Part shown: positions 11,147 through 24,898 of the stretch, piece after piece
How the letters are laid out: every line of letters begins with the position of its first letter
Position numbering within the stretch: position 1 is the stretch's first letter
Assembly (NCBI GenBank): GCA_001662655.1
Contig: KV460228.1
Direction: 5' to 3' (one strand)
Source: Pseudogymnoascus verrucosus
Taxonomy: Eukaryota
DNA length: 64,000 nucleotides
Made by a program: the position numbers and the translations under genes
The notes under the pieces: generated by a model
Database searches by the model: none
The model's input: only the letters and a program-made list of their open reading frames with translations
Told to the model about the DNA's origin: nothing

Positions 11147-14030
11147 GATGAGAGATATGGAGTGTCAAAGACGGGTATTTATTGGATGAGATGGAAGATG
11201 AGTTGATCTTGCGAATGTGGATGGTGAACAAAACGAATATCTCAGCGGCACGCCATGGAGTACTTATAGTCATGCTGCCGCCCTCTTGGCGGTCATGTTA
11301 AGCTCGACACATAATTAGCTGCCGGCGAAATCCCAGGGTTCCCCACGTTTGAGTTCCTAGAGAATATATTTTTTGATATCGAAGCTGGCTCACAGCCTCC
11401 ATTGAAAGTGCGGCGATAGTAGTGGGGAGTAGGAGATCGCCAAGATCGGCAGTCGAGATACCACAAATCCATGGCAAAGCCGCTTCGCCAAGCGCAGTTA
11501 ATTGAAGACCATAGGAAAAATTGTTCCGTTAAGCGCCAAGGCGACCCAAACAGCGATGATGAGCAGGAGAAATGTAAATGTGGGAATCGAAAGGATTACT
11601 TTCCCTATGCTAATCCAGAGAAGGTCGAAGGAACACGAGCGTGGTCTATTCAGATAGATTGAGGAATGGGCTCAATTGGTGTTGTGAAACGGTGTTGTGA
11701 CAATTGTGGATTAGAGTTGCGGATCGGTGCAGCGTGGCGGTAAGCTTGAAACGCGGCACACCTCTTGGCTGGTTAAATGCCGAAGTGTCCGCTGATTAAA
11801 ATTAATATAAAGACGAAACGATATGGGGGCGCATACGATTCTGTGTTCAACAATTCTGGGTATGCTTACGCATTTTTATAATGGCGTCCCCGTAAATCTG
11901 TGGAATCGCGCGTAACACACACCCTGTGAAGTTTTATGTCTAAATTATCACATTTCTATACGGAAAGGCTGTTGGAGCCGGTGTAGCAACACACAATCTA
12001 AAACTCGCCCAACAATACTCCGTCTGGGTACAATCAACTTCCAACTCCTGCATTAATTTGCATCTTGTAACTCTTTATATAATTTCTCCGGGATCTACGC
12101 TACGTATCAAATCCTCTTCCATCGCAGCAATCTTGCCTTGGTACTTTGTAATATACACTTCCGCTTTGTCATTAAGAAGATTAAGATCAGGTTGGTTTGT
12201 ACTTCAACCGTACTGATAATAGGCATATTTACTGATAATACAGCATATCGTAGAACCTATACAGTTTGCCGCCTAGAATATGAGTACAAGGTGAGTGGTT
12301 GGCGAACAGATCCAGGTCGGTGGAATCAATTCTCATTGCTTTCACAACACTTCAATGTCAGCTCAAAATTTAGCCACCTCGGCCTTTAGCCCGATATGAT
12401 AGCTGAACTAAAAGTCCTAATAAAGTCTGCCTGGAATGGCGAGCCTGTACAGCAACTGTGCCTCAAATAACAACTCTTGGGCACTCTAGGCTGTAAATGT
12501 CACATTATTATGGCCCACACAAGCTGCTCATTTCGATAGACAACCAAAGACTTCGTTCGTTTGATTAACTTAGCTCTTCAGACTTTTGTAAACAGATTAT
12601 TTGCTTTGTCCTCCTTCCTGAGACAAATATGATAACAAATAAGTTGAAGGAGCTACAGGAGTGCATCAATCGCGATAGAAAGTCAAGATTAATTAGGCAT
12701 GGTGAAGTTTCCCATTTTCATCTCAGATACCGAGTGATGCCAACTCAGCTTTAAAATTATAATGTATGAGACCATAAATTAAAAAAACAGCCGCTGTCCC
12801 AGCTCCCATTGGCCTTCCTCCGTCTGGCAACAACAGTGCTTGCATTTCTCTCGCTATTAGTGCTTCGAAGTCCCATGGTCCGACATATGGCAACTCAACT
12901 AAATCCGAGATTTAATAATCAGCTATCGCAAGCATATTTAGTTCAGAGTTTTCCAAACGACAGTAAACGAATTTCATACTGTTCACGGTGTCCTTGATCT
13001 CACGTTTGAAGGTCCGGCTTGAGCGATTGCCTGGAGGTCGAGTTGATTCGCTCTTTAAATCCCCGACGTCCCGTTTGTAATTGGCCCATCTGACAAGCCA
13101 CACTTTCTGTGGCGCACCTGTCAAACCACCCCTGTGCTCGATTACCGCGTCAGAAACGCCTCACATGGCTTCATCTATCTACCTTCCATCCAGCCTATCT
13201 TTCATTCCCAGCATCGGCACATCGGCATGTTTCAAGGTCTCAAATTCGAGCCACAAATCACATCATAGGGAGTATGGTACTGAATCACATAAGTAGACGG
13301 CAAAGAAGTCGGGTTCTCCGTTAGATGGGCTCATTGACGCGACAACACTTGCCGAAGAGATGTTAGGGTTGCACTAGACGTTGCGCGGAAATGGGCAATT
13401 CAGTTGACCTGCTGTTGGTGGTACGGGCCCGTCACAGAGCACGGAAGGTTACTGCCGAGGTATCACCACGATACGAAGTATACGGGAGTGCTGCCCTTCA
13501 CAGGTTGGAGAGACAAACGACATTTACATTTCCGCAAGATAGATCTTCTACCCTTTGCCCATGACTAGTGTGTTATCTCAATTTTTTTTGTTCATGGGCT
13601 CCTTCGTTTCTTTGTCCCTTTGTGTGCGAGTATCACCGTGTCTGTTTTGGACCAACCCATAATGTTGGCAGTTGCCGCATTAGGAAGGTCCGTACCGTAG
13701 TGGCAGAAGCTTATTTCCATTAAGACCTTCCTAAAAGTTCATAATGCCCGCTGTCACAGCAGCTATCATCACTCATGAGTGGCATTTGACGAGCGCTTCG
13801 CGATTGGCGCTATAGAAGGCGTGCGATGGCATATGATCTTGGTGTGTATCACGCAACCAGTTCTCGCATCACCTTCCTGAGATGAGTGCTCGTATCCATC
13901 TAGTTTGGGGGTTGGGGTTTTGAGCGTCCTACCTCGTGGTATAAAGGGGAAACCATGTGCGCGATGGCGGATCCCTTTGCCTACATTGTGCTCCCCCGCC
14001 TCTCAGACAACTGCTCTTGCTTCTGTGCCA

Positions 14031-16783
14031 ATGTCTGCCCCTGTCGGCAAAGTTCTCACCCCTATTGAGGGTAGGGTCGTCTCAGTTCCCAGCGACGAGG
14101 CGATCGACGAGAAGATCCGTCTCGACAGCGACGCGACAGAGATTCTGAAAGATGAAGACCTGGTGATAGTTACTGAGACTAAGTCTGGTAGTAACGATGA
14201 CTCCGACAGCGGTACTGACGATGCGATTATCGTTACGGGCGCCGACGCGGCGAAGCATCTGTTGCCGCTGCGGGACGATCTCGAGCCAGCGCTGACCTTC
14301 CGAAGTCTCTTCTTGGCTACTATCCTCTCTGCTTTCCAGGCTGTGATGTACCAAATATATTATGTGAGTACAGTGCAATACCAACGCGCCCGTGGTCGAC
14401 ACGTTCCATGCCCGTCGCAATATCAACATCGGCTGACCACTCTTATAGTTCAAACCAACGGCCATCACCATCCAAGGAACTTTTATTGTCATCATTGCCT
14501 ACTTTCTTGGTAAGGCATGGGCCGCTTTCCTCCCCCGTGGCGATCTATTTGAGGCACGGTGGAGGGAGCGTGGCGGTCAGGGAAAAGTTCCCCGATGGAT
14601 CTCAGTCGTTTCTTTCTTCAATTCCGGACCTTGGAATCTAAAAGAGCACGCAATTTGCACGATAACTGCCACATCGGCCTCCAACGGTGCCGCAGCCATT
14701 ATTGTGTTCGCGGCGCAAGACCTTTTCTATAACCTACCCTTAAAAGCAAGCACCGTCGTCTTGTGTACACTCTCGATTGGACTGTTTGGTTATGGAATAT
14801 CCGGTATAATGCGCCCAATCGCCGTCTGGCACGTCGATGCAGTGTATTGGAGTACTCTTCCCACAGTCAAAACTCTCCAAGGAATGCATTGGCAGGAGGT
14901 GAAAGACTCTAAGCCCATCCGATTCTTCTGGTACGCCTTTGCAGGCATGTTCGCCTACGAGTGGTTCCCTGCCTATATTTTCCCTTTCCTCAACTCGGTC
15001 TCTATCCCCTGTCTTGCCGCTATGCATGCCACAGGCAGCAAGGCGGCTGTGCTCACAAATCTTTTCGGCGGGTCAATCAACAACGAAGGGCTAGGTCTCT
15101 TCACCTTGTCCTTCGACTGGCAATATGTAAGTTACTGTTCACGAATTAAAGCAAGGGGGGTAACTGAACTAACATACTATAGATTACTTCCTTCCAGACA
15201 TCCCTTCCCCTCACACTGCAGGCCAATGCCGCCGCAGGATTTTTCGTCTGCTTTCTTGCGATGATCGGCATATACTACACCAATGCCTGGGGCTCAAAGT
15301 CACTACCATTTATGTCGTCGCGGCTACTATCCGACGACGGCTCAGCATATCCTATCAAAAAGGTCTTTGCTGGTGGTGTGCTTAATACGGATGCTCTAGC
15401 CATTTATGGAATCCCCAACATTACCGGGACCTTCGCATACGCCATGTTCATGGCAAATGCTGCCGTAAGTTCCTGGAAGTCAAATATTTGACGAACTTGT
15501 CAAATTACTAACTGAACATCTCCTAGATCGGTGCCCTAATTGCACACTGTATCCTCTTTTGGGGTGGTGACATCAAAAGGGCGTACAAAAGCGCAAAAAA
15601 AGGAAATTATAGTGACCGACATCATGCGTACATGACCAAACATTACAAGGAAGCCCCATGGTGGTGGTACATTATTCTTCTTGTTATCAGCTTCGTCCTT
15701 GGTCTCGCAATCGTCATCAAGGAAAAAAATATCCTTCCGGTTTGGGCGTACATTGTCTCGCTGATACTGGGAATAGTCATCTCACCCTTCGTGAGTATAC
15801 CCGTATATGATAATTACCTACCAATTGAGTTGTCTGACATTACTACAGAGCATCATTCTCTATTCTCGTTACGGTAATGGCATTGCTACGAATAACTTGT
15901 CGAAGATGCTAGCAGGTCTGATGCTCCCCGGCCGCCCCGTTAGTAATATGTACTTTAATGCTTGGTCACATACTGTCATTTCGAACTCGCTGAATCTGTG
16001 CAACGATTTGAAGATGGGTGAATATCGTAAGTTTTGGTTCGATACGCCATTCGTCGATATGGCGCTAACGTCAATATAGTCAAAATCCCTCCCCGTGTCA
16101 TGTTCCTTACTCAGGTATATGGTACTGTATTGGGCGCTTTCGTCAATTATGCCGTCATGATTTCCATCGTAGGTGGTAATCGCGACCACCTCGTTAACAG
16201 CAATGGCGACGCTTCATGGAGCGGTGCGACCATCCAGGGGTATAATACCAACGCAACCTCATGGGCGATGGCCAAATACCTCTACAAATCCGGGGCTAGG
16301 TACTCAATTGTGCCTATAGGTCTGGCAATTGGCGCTGGTGCTGTCGTTGTCCACCGTTTTGTTGTACACGTGAGTACACGTTACCTTCTATATTTCTTGT
16401 ATCGCACTTCGTCTCCTTTCCGTACTGACTCTGCGCGTCCTTAGTTTGTCCCTAGAATTCGAGGCTTCTCGCTCTCGGATTTCAATTTCCCCCAGTTCAT
16501 CCAATATGCCGGTTATATCCCCTACAACTCGTCGCAGACTTGCGTCATCTTCAGCCAGATTCTTGCCGGATTCTTCGTCCAGTTCTACCTCCGCAACTAT
16601 CGCCCGCGCATCTTCAAGGATTACTCGTACTTGATCACGGGTGCCTTTGACGGTGCAAGTCTCACGGTTCTCTTTATCCTGTCCTTTGCCGTCTTCGGTG
16701 CTGGAGGTCCTTCTAAACCGTTTCCATCTTGGTGGGGCAACAACATCAACGGCAACTACGATTTTTGCCCTGTGGCCGAGTAG
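14031..16783 (+). CDS. OPT-family oligopeptide transporter, multi-exon
   Basis: Motifs PALTFRS, NSGPWNLKEHAI, AYEWFPAYIFP, YKEAPWWWY, DLKMGEY|KIPPRVMF and FPSWWGN; canonical introns. Confidence 0.93.
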
Positions 16784-17678
16784 GCGGCCTGGCGGAGAAG
16801 ACGGAACTTGTCGGATGTGGCAGTTTCATGTTGGTTATCTTGAGAAAACAGTATATATCTACATCCCTAAAGGCAGAAATATAAATATACATGTTGATAT
16901 TCTCATCAACCCAACGTCAGTCCTTGCTCTTCACCATAACCAGCATCACGAGGCTAAGGATTTAGTACGTGAAGGCAACTGATGGCGACATTGGATCTAC
17001 GCAAACACGATATTGTCAGCCGCAGTTCGTGTCTACCACCATTTGTTGATTTTATGCCTTCACGCGCGTTTGAAGTACTTTTATACAACTCTATGAGTGG
17101 CGGAGTTTGTGACCAGAGACACCCCGCCATTTCTTGGCATCTCCACCCGCGCGGGAGCCAATAATTAGCCCCGAGACTAACGAGGGGCCGTTCGCCTTCA
17201 AACGCTAATCCGAAAGAGGCGTTTGACGAAGGAGGTAATCCGACAATAGAATAACGCTTATGACGAGCAACCTCACCGCCGTCGTGGTATAGGCTCGTTG
17301 ACGACGGAAGACACTTTAATGTATCCACAGCCGCACCGCCGGTGGCTTGGGTAATTGTCAGCGCCAAAATCCTTGATGTCGTGTTTTTCCGCAAACAGCT
17401 TGTGCCAATGCCGACAAACTCCATGGAGCCAATGATAATTACAAAGACGTTGACGATCGGCAGTGATTGATATCAGGACAACAGGATGAGAAGTAACAAT
17501 AGACCTCGTAACTTCGTATATTTCCCTATCTCAATGAGCTGTCATGAGAGGAAACTATAAAGTCAGCCACTTCCTCTGACAGTTGTCATATTCTCTATCT
17601 CATCAGCAGCTTCCTTTAATATCTCCGAGGCATCAATAATAATATTTCGAAGTCTCTCAATCTTCAATATCTTTAATC

Positions 17679-18332
17679 ATGCTTCCTCGATCCCTCCTGC
17701 TCCTTTGCTCCATTGCCAGCGCTGTGGCGACGGGCGCGTGTACTGATGGCATCTACAACCCGCCTGTGGGAACGTCCTTTGTGACCGTCAACACCAAGGT
17801 CGGAATGCCTTATAATATCACCACCCCCGATGGAATCGTCGCAATGGTGCCTATCGCAACTGGCAATATTAGCGGCCAGTTCAATGGGCATCTCATCGCA
17901 AATCTGTCTGCCGAGACTGAGAGGTTGTTGAATTCGAAGACTGGAACGTACAGCGTGAGTATATGAGATCTATGGCAGTGAAATAATATGTTGGCTAACT
18001 CGTGTTGTCTAGACTGTTGAGACGAGATGGGTGTTTGAGAACGATAAGGGCGATCGGATACTAGCCGACATGAAAGGACTGACGACTTACTCTGCGGCAG
18101 CTCTCCATGGATTCGGTACTGCGTACGTTCTAGCTACTGCCGAGAAATATAAATTCTGTCGTCGTTAACTCTTGACAGTTACCTTTCCACGGAAGTTGAG
18201 GAATTCTATTGGGTTAATTGGGAACTTTTCCTTATCGAGTGGCAGGGCAGCTTCAACACTGGTGATGCCAAGTTTGAGTTCTTTCAGATCACTACTGGTG
18301 GACGCAAGGATGGCCAGCCGATTCCAAATTAA
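17679..18332 (+). CDS. Small secreted protein, possibly DUF3237-like beta-barrel (3 exons)
   Basis: Signal peptide; the spliced product has VPIATGNISGQFNG, RWVFENDKGDRI and STEVEEFYWVNW, a pattern resembling DUF3237; stop at 18330-18332. Confidence 0.65.
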
Positions 18333-18649
18333 CTTCTGGTCGCTGAAATACGGGGTGATGGGCGGCTAATCAAATACTTAGACGCCTTAATTGTTGCATA
18401 GAGTTTATATTTTCGGGTGTATTCCTCAATTTGGGTGGATTTGAAATGTTACATTTTAGATTTGCCGCATATAAAATTTATATTGCTAATTCTAAAGGGA
18501 TGACGATTTTAATATCAGACCAACTCAATGAGCATATGCATGCTGCCAACATTATAATATTTGTTTTCTAGCTTTCAGCTCTCTAACTCTATTATATGGC
18601 CATATACATACAATATATATACAGACGCTCTAACTCTATATGTGGGAAC

Positions 18650-20666
18650 TTAGTTGGCTTTGCATATCCTCCCCTGTGAATCCTCCTTCCACGCGTCACT
18701 ACCCACGCAAGTCGGGCAGTAAAACAAGCCCGTAGGATCATACTTCCTCTTCGCAGCCTGCAATTTAGGAAGCGCACCACCATAGAAGTTTACCAAATAG
18801 TCCGGATCAAGACGATCCGCCTCGTTCATATAGCAGCCCGTATCCGGTGCAATAGCGCGCATCGATCCCACCTTCACTTCCGTAATGTCCTTGTGCACTG
18901 CCGCCTTCGTAGCCGCGTCTGCACCGGGAAACCAACCCCCTGCAACGATGTTGTGCACATATGATGTCCTCCATCCGGGGTTGACGCCGGAAAACGGCTC
19001 AGCGCGGTCTTTGAAGACTTGGCCGCCGGAAACGAGGCAGAAGTTGTTCTGGAGGAACTGTCCCGGGTTTCCGGCGACGGTGTTCAACATGTTCTTCAAC
19101 CCTGTGGTGTTGGTGAGGGCTTTGCGGTCCAGGAGGCGGGAGCCGAGAGCGGCTTCGGATCCAACTGGTCCAAGGCCGCCAGATAGTGTACGGTAGTACT
19201 GTGCGTAGGTTGGGAAGGTGTAATAGTCGGAGTACAGGAAGAGCGATGTGCCATTGTAAACCGAGAGCTTGGCAGCTGTTGATGCAAATGCATTCTTTGC
19301 ATCAGTAATAGACTTGCCCATGATGGCAAGGGCGTGCGAATACCCGGTAGTGTAAGGAAGGTTAGGGATCACAGGGGCATATGAGTTAGCGGCCCAGCTA
19401 CCGTAGCCATTTAGGCCGGCGTCAGCAAGATCAGGATAGGCGGAGTACATGATTGCAAGGGCGTCCATAAAATCCGGGATGTTTGCGTCCGTTAGAGGTG
19501 CCATGGAGAAGACCTGCGCCGAGACTCTGGTAGTCGGGTGCGCCTTCACGATAGTGGAAACGACAATACCATAGGTGCCACCTCCTCCACCACGGATGGC
19601 AGTGAATAGATCGGTGTTTTGACAGGCGTTTGCCGTCACAATGAGACCACTCGCCTATTTAAGTCAGATATGGAAAGGATTGCGGCGAAGAGATTGACTT
19701 ACCAGCACAACTTGAGCTTCAAGAATCTGGTCTGCTGCTAAACCATAGTTGTGATTGGCTGGAGAGTGTCCACCGCCTTGCGCATAACCGCCGATGCATC
19801 CCACGGACTGAATTTGGTTAGTTAATTCAACGGTTTCGAAGAGCTAAACTTACAGGATCTCCTCCTCCGACCACGATGACATTATTGGCCTCCGCAATGG
19901 CATAGACCTCGCCCCACACGTAACCACCACCGATCTTGATTGCGCTGCCCTTCCAGCCCGACTTGCTGCACTTATCAGATGCAGTGTATGTCTTTTGGAA
20001 GGTGATGCCCTGTCGGAGGTTGTGGATCCACACTGCCAAACTGCCGTCGCCAATGGATCTATATAAAAATTTAGATGGTTCAGCTGATTATAGTCCAGCT
20101 GTGCTTACCTCCCGAGTATGTCATGTCCCGTGTTACGGATCACCAATCGAATGTTGGACAGGTGCGCAAAGACAACTGCTGCAGAGACTTGGAGCGGGTT
20201 GGTAGCATCGACGGTGTACCTGGGCAGACCTCCCATGGTGCAAGTTCCAGCAACCTCTCCAGCAGCAAAGTTGACGGGTGGGCATTGGTCGTTAACCGGA
20301 AATCCAGGAGCAACAGGGCTGTTGCCAATGTAAGTCGAGTTCTTGAGGTCTGCCTGAAGGCTCGCGCATTTCGCGAGGTCTTTCTGGGGCCCATCGTAAC
20401 AAGAAATAGCTGGAGGAGTGTCTGCGATTAACTTTCCACCCAAGGTCAAGTTGAAGACATTCCAGATGAGGGGGGCGGGCCAGCATCGGTCACTCGGTCC
20501 CTTCGAGAGTTTAGCATTGTTATCCGGGTTCCATAGACTGCATACATACACATTTACAGCCACCATTGTTAGAGAGAACGAAGCTGTTCACATCCGATAC
20601 ACCCTCGGTTTCTGCTCGGGCGATCGCGCCTAGCAGTCCAAGCAAGGCGAAGGAATTGAAAAGCAT
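18650..20666 (-). CDS. Secreted FAD-linked oxidase (FAD_binding_4 plus BBE domain; AA7-like)
   Basis: Signal peptide, CKC|GPSDRCWP, NTGHDILGRS (flavin-binding His), GGGHSP, DLFTAIRGGGGGTYG, YMNEAD and KRKYDPTGLFYCPTCVGS. Confidence 0.93.
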
Positions 20667-22146
20667 GGCGTCTACGGCAGGAGCGTGTTGCTGGGATGCA
20701 TTTCAGAATCGGAGAACGAGAGCTTATCAGGATATATGAACAATTAAAAGGCGAGAAGGCTACTGGCCTTCGAATGCGAGATACGTGCAACCGAGTTCCC
20801 AAATCCTGGTAAATTGTGCAGGTACGAGCATGCATGCTGCGCCGGCGACAGGGATCTTCACCAACACAATCCAACATAATCCCCAGCCAGTAATCAAAGA
20901 AGGAGATTTGCATTCCATGGTCCTTTTCTCGACCGTTTGGAGCTGGGGATATTGAACGACTGCTCTTCACACACCCACAGCTTGCAATTGCAGCGCGGCG
21001 ATCCTGAGATGGCGAGATACTATCACAAAGGCAGTATTCAGACGAGTTCCGTTGATCCCGACGCGGTCTCGTTTGCGCGCACGGAGATGACTTCTAGTGG
21101 AGATCCGGGGTCAATACCATCCTTCTAATCCTTCCCGTCCCTTGGCACGCATGGTACGTGCATACTTAGTGCTCTGCTACACTGTACTATAGCATAAACT
21201 TGGCGCATCAGCAACTCTGCGAACCGGCCCGGATAATCTACACAATCAACAAACCCCACATCTCTCTCAAACACATGCCCGTTGACGGCCCTTTCTTTTT
21301 CCTTTCTTGTTTAACTTGCCGAGCAGAGTTAATATGCAAATCTGGCTAATTGCTACTGTAATATGCGGCTACTGCTCATACACGGCGCAAACCCACGGAT
21401 TGGTGATCTGTGAGTGCGCATTCTCTCAAAATCTTCAGCGGGTGGCGCTCGGGAACAACGTCAGGACGGACGATTCGGCGGAACTGTTAGTGGTCCCGGT
21501 TAGTGGGCGTGCTAATTGTTCGGTTACTTCACTAAAACATGTGCCTGTTTAAGCACGTTTTTGTCCCTAACTCCCCGCTCCAATGAAGACACACCGCACT
21601 AGCAAGGTATCACGGTATTATAGGAGCTTGGGAATTGCTCCTTTCTATCTCTAGCCAATGAAGCCCGGCATTAATCTTAATGCGGGAATACATCGAGTGT
21701 ACTGCTGTCAATTCTGTTAATCTGGAACCATGGTAGCACCATCTTACAAATCTCTCAAGGGCCGGCCCATACTGAAAGTCAGTCCCACTTCGCAAAGCTT
21801 ACCAGCTACTCAGCCCCCACTGGGAGTGATACAGTCATCAGCAATTATGATACAGCCACAAAGCCACAAAAGAAATACTTTACCGGCTTGCCGACAGAAC
21901 TATACCTCCTGCTATAGGATTGCCAGGTTCAATGGATGGCTTGGTGAAATACAGCCGAAAAACATTGATACTGCAAAATTCCAATTCCTTCCAGCCAGGC
22001 CATCATGCTCTTTCAAGACATGGGAGGGACCTCCCTTAACAACTGAGGATTTTTCGATCCGGCTTCTTCAATGACCATCTCAGAACAATCATTCACCATC
22101 GGAATATTTCGACTTTCTCCAGCTGAAGCGACCAACGCAATTCAGA

Positions 22147-23557
22147 ATGTCTGCGCCCGCGCCCCCGGGTATGGGATTGGCTGGCAAGATGCCCGAACAC
22201 GGTCTTGTCATAATCGTGTGGGTGGCAACCGGGCTCGCGGGTTGCTTCGTGGTAGCACGAACGGTGATTCGGATCAAGAAGATCGAGAAGCTGCATGTGG
22301 ATGACTATCTCATCTATGCGGCGTTTCTTGTCCTTGTTGCGAATGCCGTGCTTCAGACACTGCAGACGCCGCATTGCTACAATCTGGCAAGGCTCGTCAA
22401 TGGACTCTCGACGTTGACCCAGGAGGAGACGATGGCTAGTGGCAATACATGTATGTGCATTTCTTCCTAGATGTTTCCCGAGGGGGTTCAAAAAGATGCA
22501 GCAACGTCGACCCCAACTTGCTTCTGTTATGAGAACTTGCTAACATTTGTACGGAAAGACATGCGTTATGAGTTCACAATTATAGGCGTACGAAACTCCT
22601 GACCCAGGCCTCACGGATGGTTACTGACGGCCCTCACAGCTGTTCTGGACAGTTTTATGGCTGGTAAAAGCCTCATTTCTCGCTTTCTTCTACAAGCTTT
22701 TCGATGGCCTTCAGGGCTACCGACGATTATGGTGGGCGGTAGTTGTCTTCGCGTTTCTCTCCTATGTAGGTTGCTGGATAGTGTCGATTAACGTCTGCCA
22801 TCCCGCGAAAAACTACTTCATCTTCGGTATGCCCCTTTCCGCAGTGCGGTGGTGAAATACCCTCTTACTGTCATCTAGGGTCATGCAATAAGGATATTGA
22901 TATGAAGACTTCGATCATCGCGGTTCTGTACAGTACCGTGGTAGATGTATTGACTGATATAATGAGTGAGTCAACCCTATCCATCACAGCATTGGATTTG
23001 ATTTGACGACAAACAGTCATGGCGATGCCATTGCGGCTATTATGGAAAGTCCGCATCTCTGGTTCCGAGAAGATGGGCCTGGCAGCCGTCTTCAGTATCG
23101 GTGTTCTGATCATCGTCTTTGCTATCGCTCGCGCTGTTCAGATTGCATTTACAACCACGAGTGACTCCGTGCTGCTTGCGTTATGGGGAATCATCGAGTC
23201 CACAGTGTGTAAGTTCAAATCTTCCCCACTCAATGCAACATTCAATATGCTGATTTTTTCCAAGCCGTGATAGTAGGCTGCCTCCCACCCTTCAAAAGCC
23301 TGTTCTCTCGCCGCCAAAATACCTCATATAACACCTCGTACGAAGATCGATACAACAAAAGCGCGCTTACCAACGAGCTTCGCAATGGATCGATTCCGCT
23401 GCAGTCGAGGACTACACAGACTACCAGGATCCATCGGGGGCATGTCACAACTGAAAGCACGGAGGATATTGTGGGTAGCTCGGGTGAGGATGTGAGGTGG
23501 AAGAGTGGGAGAGGTGGGATATCTGTGCGGCAGGAGGTCCATCAGACTTCGACATAA
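22147..23557 (+). CDS. PTH11-like integral membrane protein (fungal rhodopsin domain, no CFEM seen)
   Basis: ARTVIRIK..LHVDDYL, WLVKASFLAFFYKLF, DVLTDIM|MAMPLRLLWKV and WGIIESTV|IVGCLP motifs. Confidence 0.88.
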
Positions 23558-24898
23558 TGTGCTGAAGTATGTAGCATAAAAACAAAATAGGATGTGGCGT
23601 TTAAAATTTCAGTGCGGTTGTACGATTGTATGGGTTACCATATATGACAAAGAAGCATATATTTGGGTATATATTAATATATTCGTTGTGTGTGCAAAGA
23701 GGGATGTTTCTTTGTTTGTACAAAACACTTCATCCAACTTTCTCGAATCCACGCGTTTGCACCCTCCAACCTGGCCTTAGTATTGTGGACCAGCTTCAGT
23801 AGGTAGCGACTGACTCATTACGATACGATATGCTTATCTGAAATGCTCATCGTAGAGGCAGTATCAAATATTCACTGGAAACTACGAACACCCCCACACA
23901 ATAAATTACACCCCACACGAAAATACAAACACAAACTTGCAAGCATCCAGCTTGTTCCATTTTCTCAGGCCCTACTTCACGCCATTACCATACCTACAGA
24001 AACGAAGACAAACTTGAATAAATTCACCTGCTCCGTCACATCATCAGAGACAAACTCGAACTCACGTTGAGGTTGCCTATTCTTCACGTGTATGCGAACA
24101 TTTCCAACCGGGGAGTGGCTATGAATGGTCGTAAAATGGCAGCCTTATTTTCTGTCACATTCCGAAGGATATAAGATTGGAAGCACAAGTCGGGGGCAAG
24201 AGAGTAGCCTCCGCATGTGGTGAATAGAATGGATTGAAGTAGTTGGATGTGGAGAGTCGGCCACAGAAAACATACAGTGACCCTGAAATTGCCATGACCG
24301 GAGCCATATCTTGCATCCTTAAATCTTCAAATTGGTAAATACCGCTTATATATATCTTTTGTGTAATGTCTGGAATCTCACAGATAATTATTCATGATCA
24401 ATCGAGAAGACGGCGGCCATTGCGCACAGGGCGAAACTCCGGCTAAACTCATAAACACTAGTACGTATTTAGTATAGCGCATAATCGCTTTCTCGGTCAG
24501 GGATCAGGAACTAAAGTTGGCAGACATCGTTGAAGTTTAACTTGACGACTGGACAAACTGATGCTATTGGACATCTCGAATTGAACTCTAGGCTGTAGAT
24601 TTTCTCTTTGAAAAACACCCCATACAGTCTGGATAACGCCCCAGTGAATGTGACAATCATCCAGAGCGCCCAGTTGAACATGATGCCGCGTTATCCTGTT
24701 GAAGCTACCCCGCTATTTACCTGATTCTTGAGGCGTTAGTTGTTCCATCAGGGACCACACTGTACTTCGCAATCGTTTTCCATCAGCTGCGATCTGCGAG
24801 ATACGTCTGCGGGACACGCATTCAGGATTTTAACCCCACCACTCCACCACTTCACCATGATTGGTCTCTAACCAACCCGATCAACCCAAAGTTCTACC

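Noticed and set aside
16954..17424. 156-aa minus-strand ORF
   Set aside because: No recognisable motif or splice support; probably chance.
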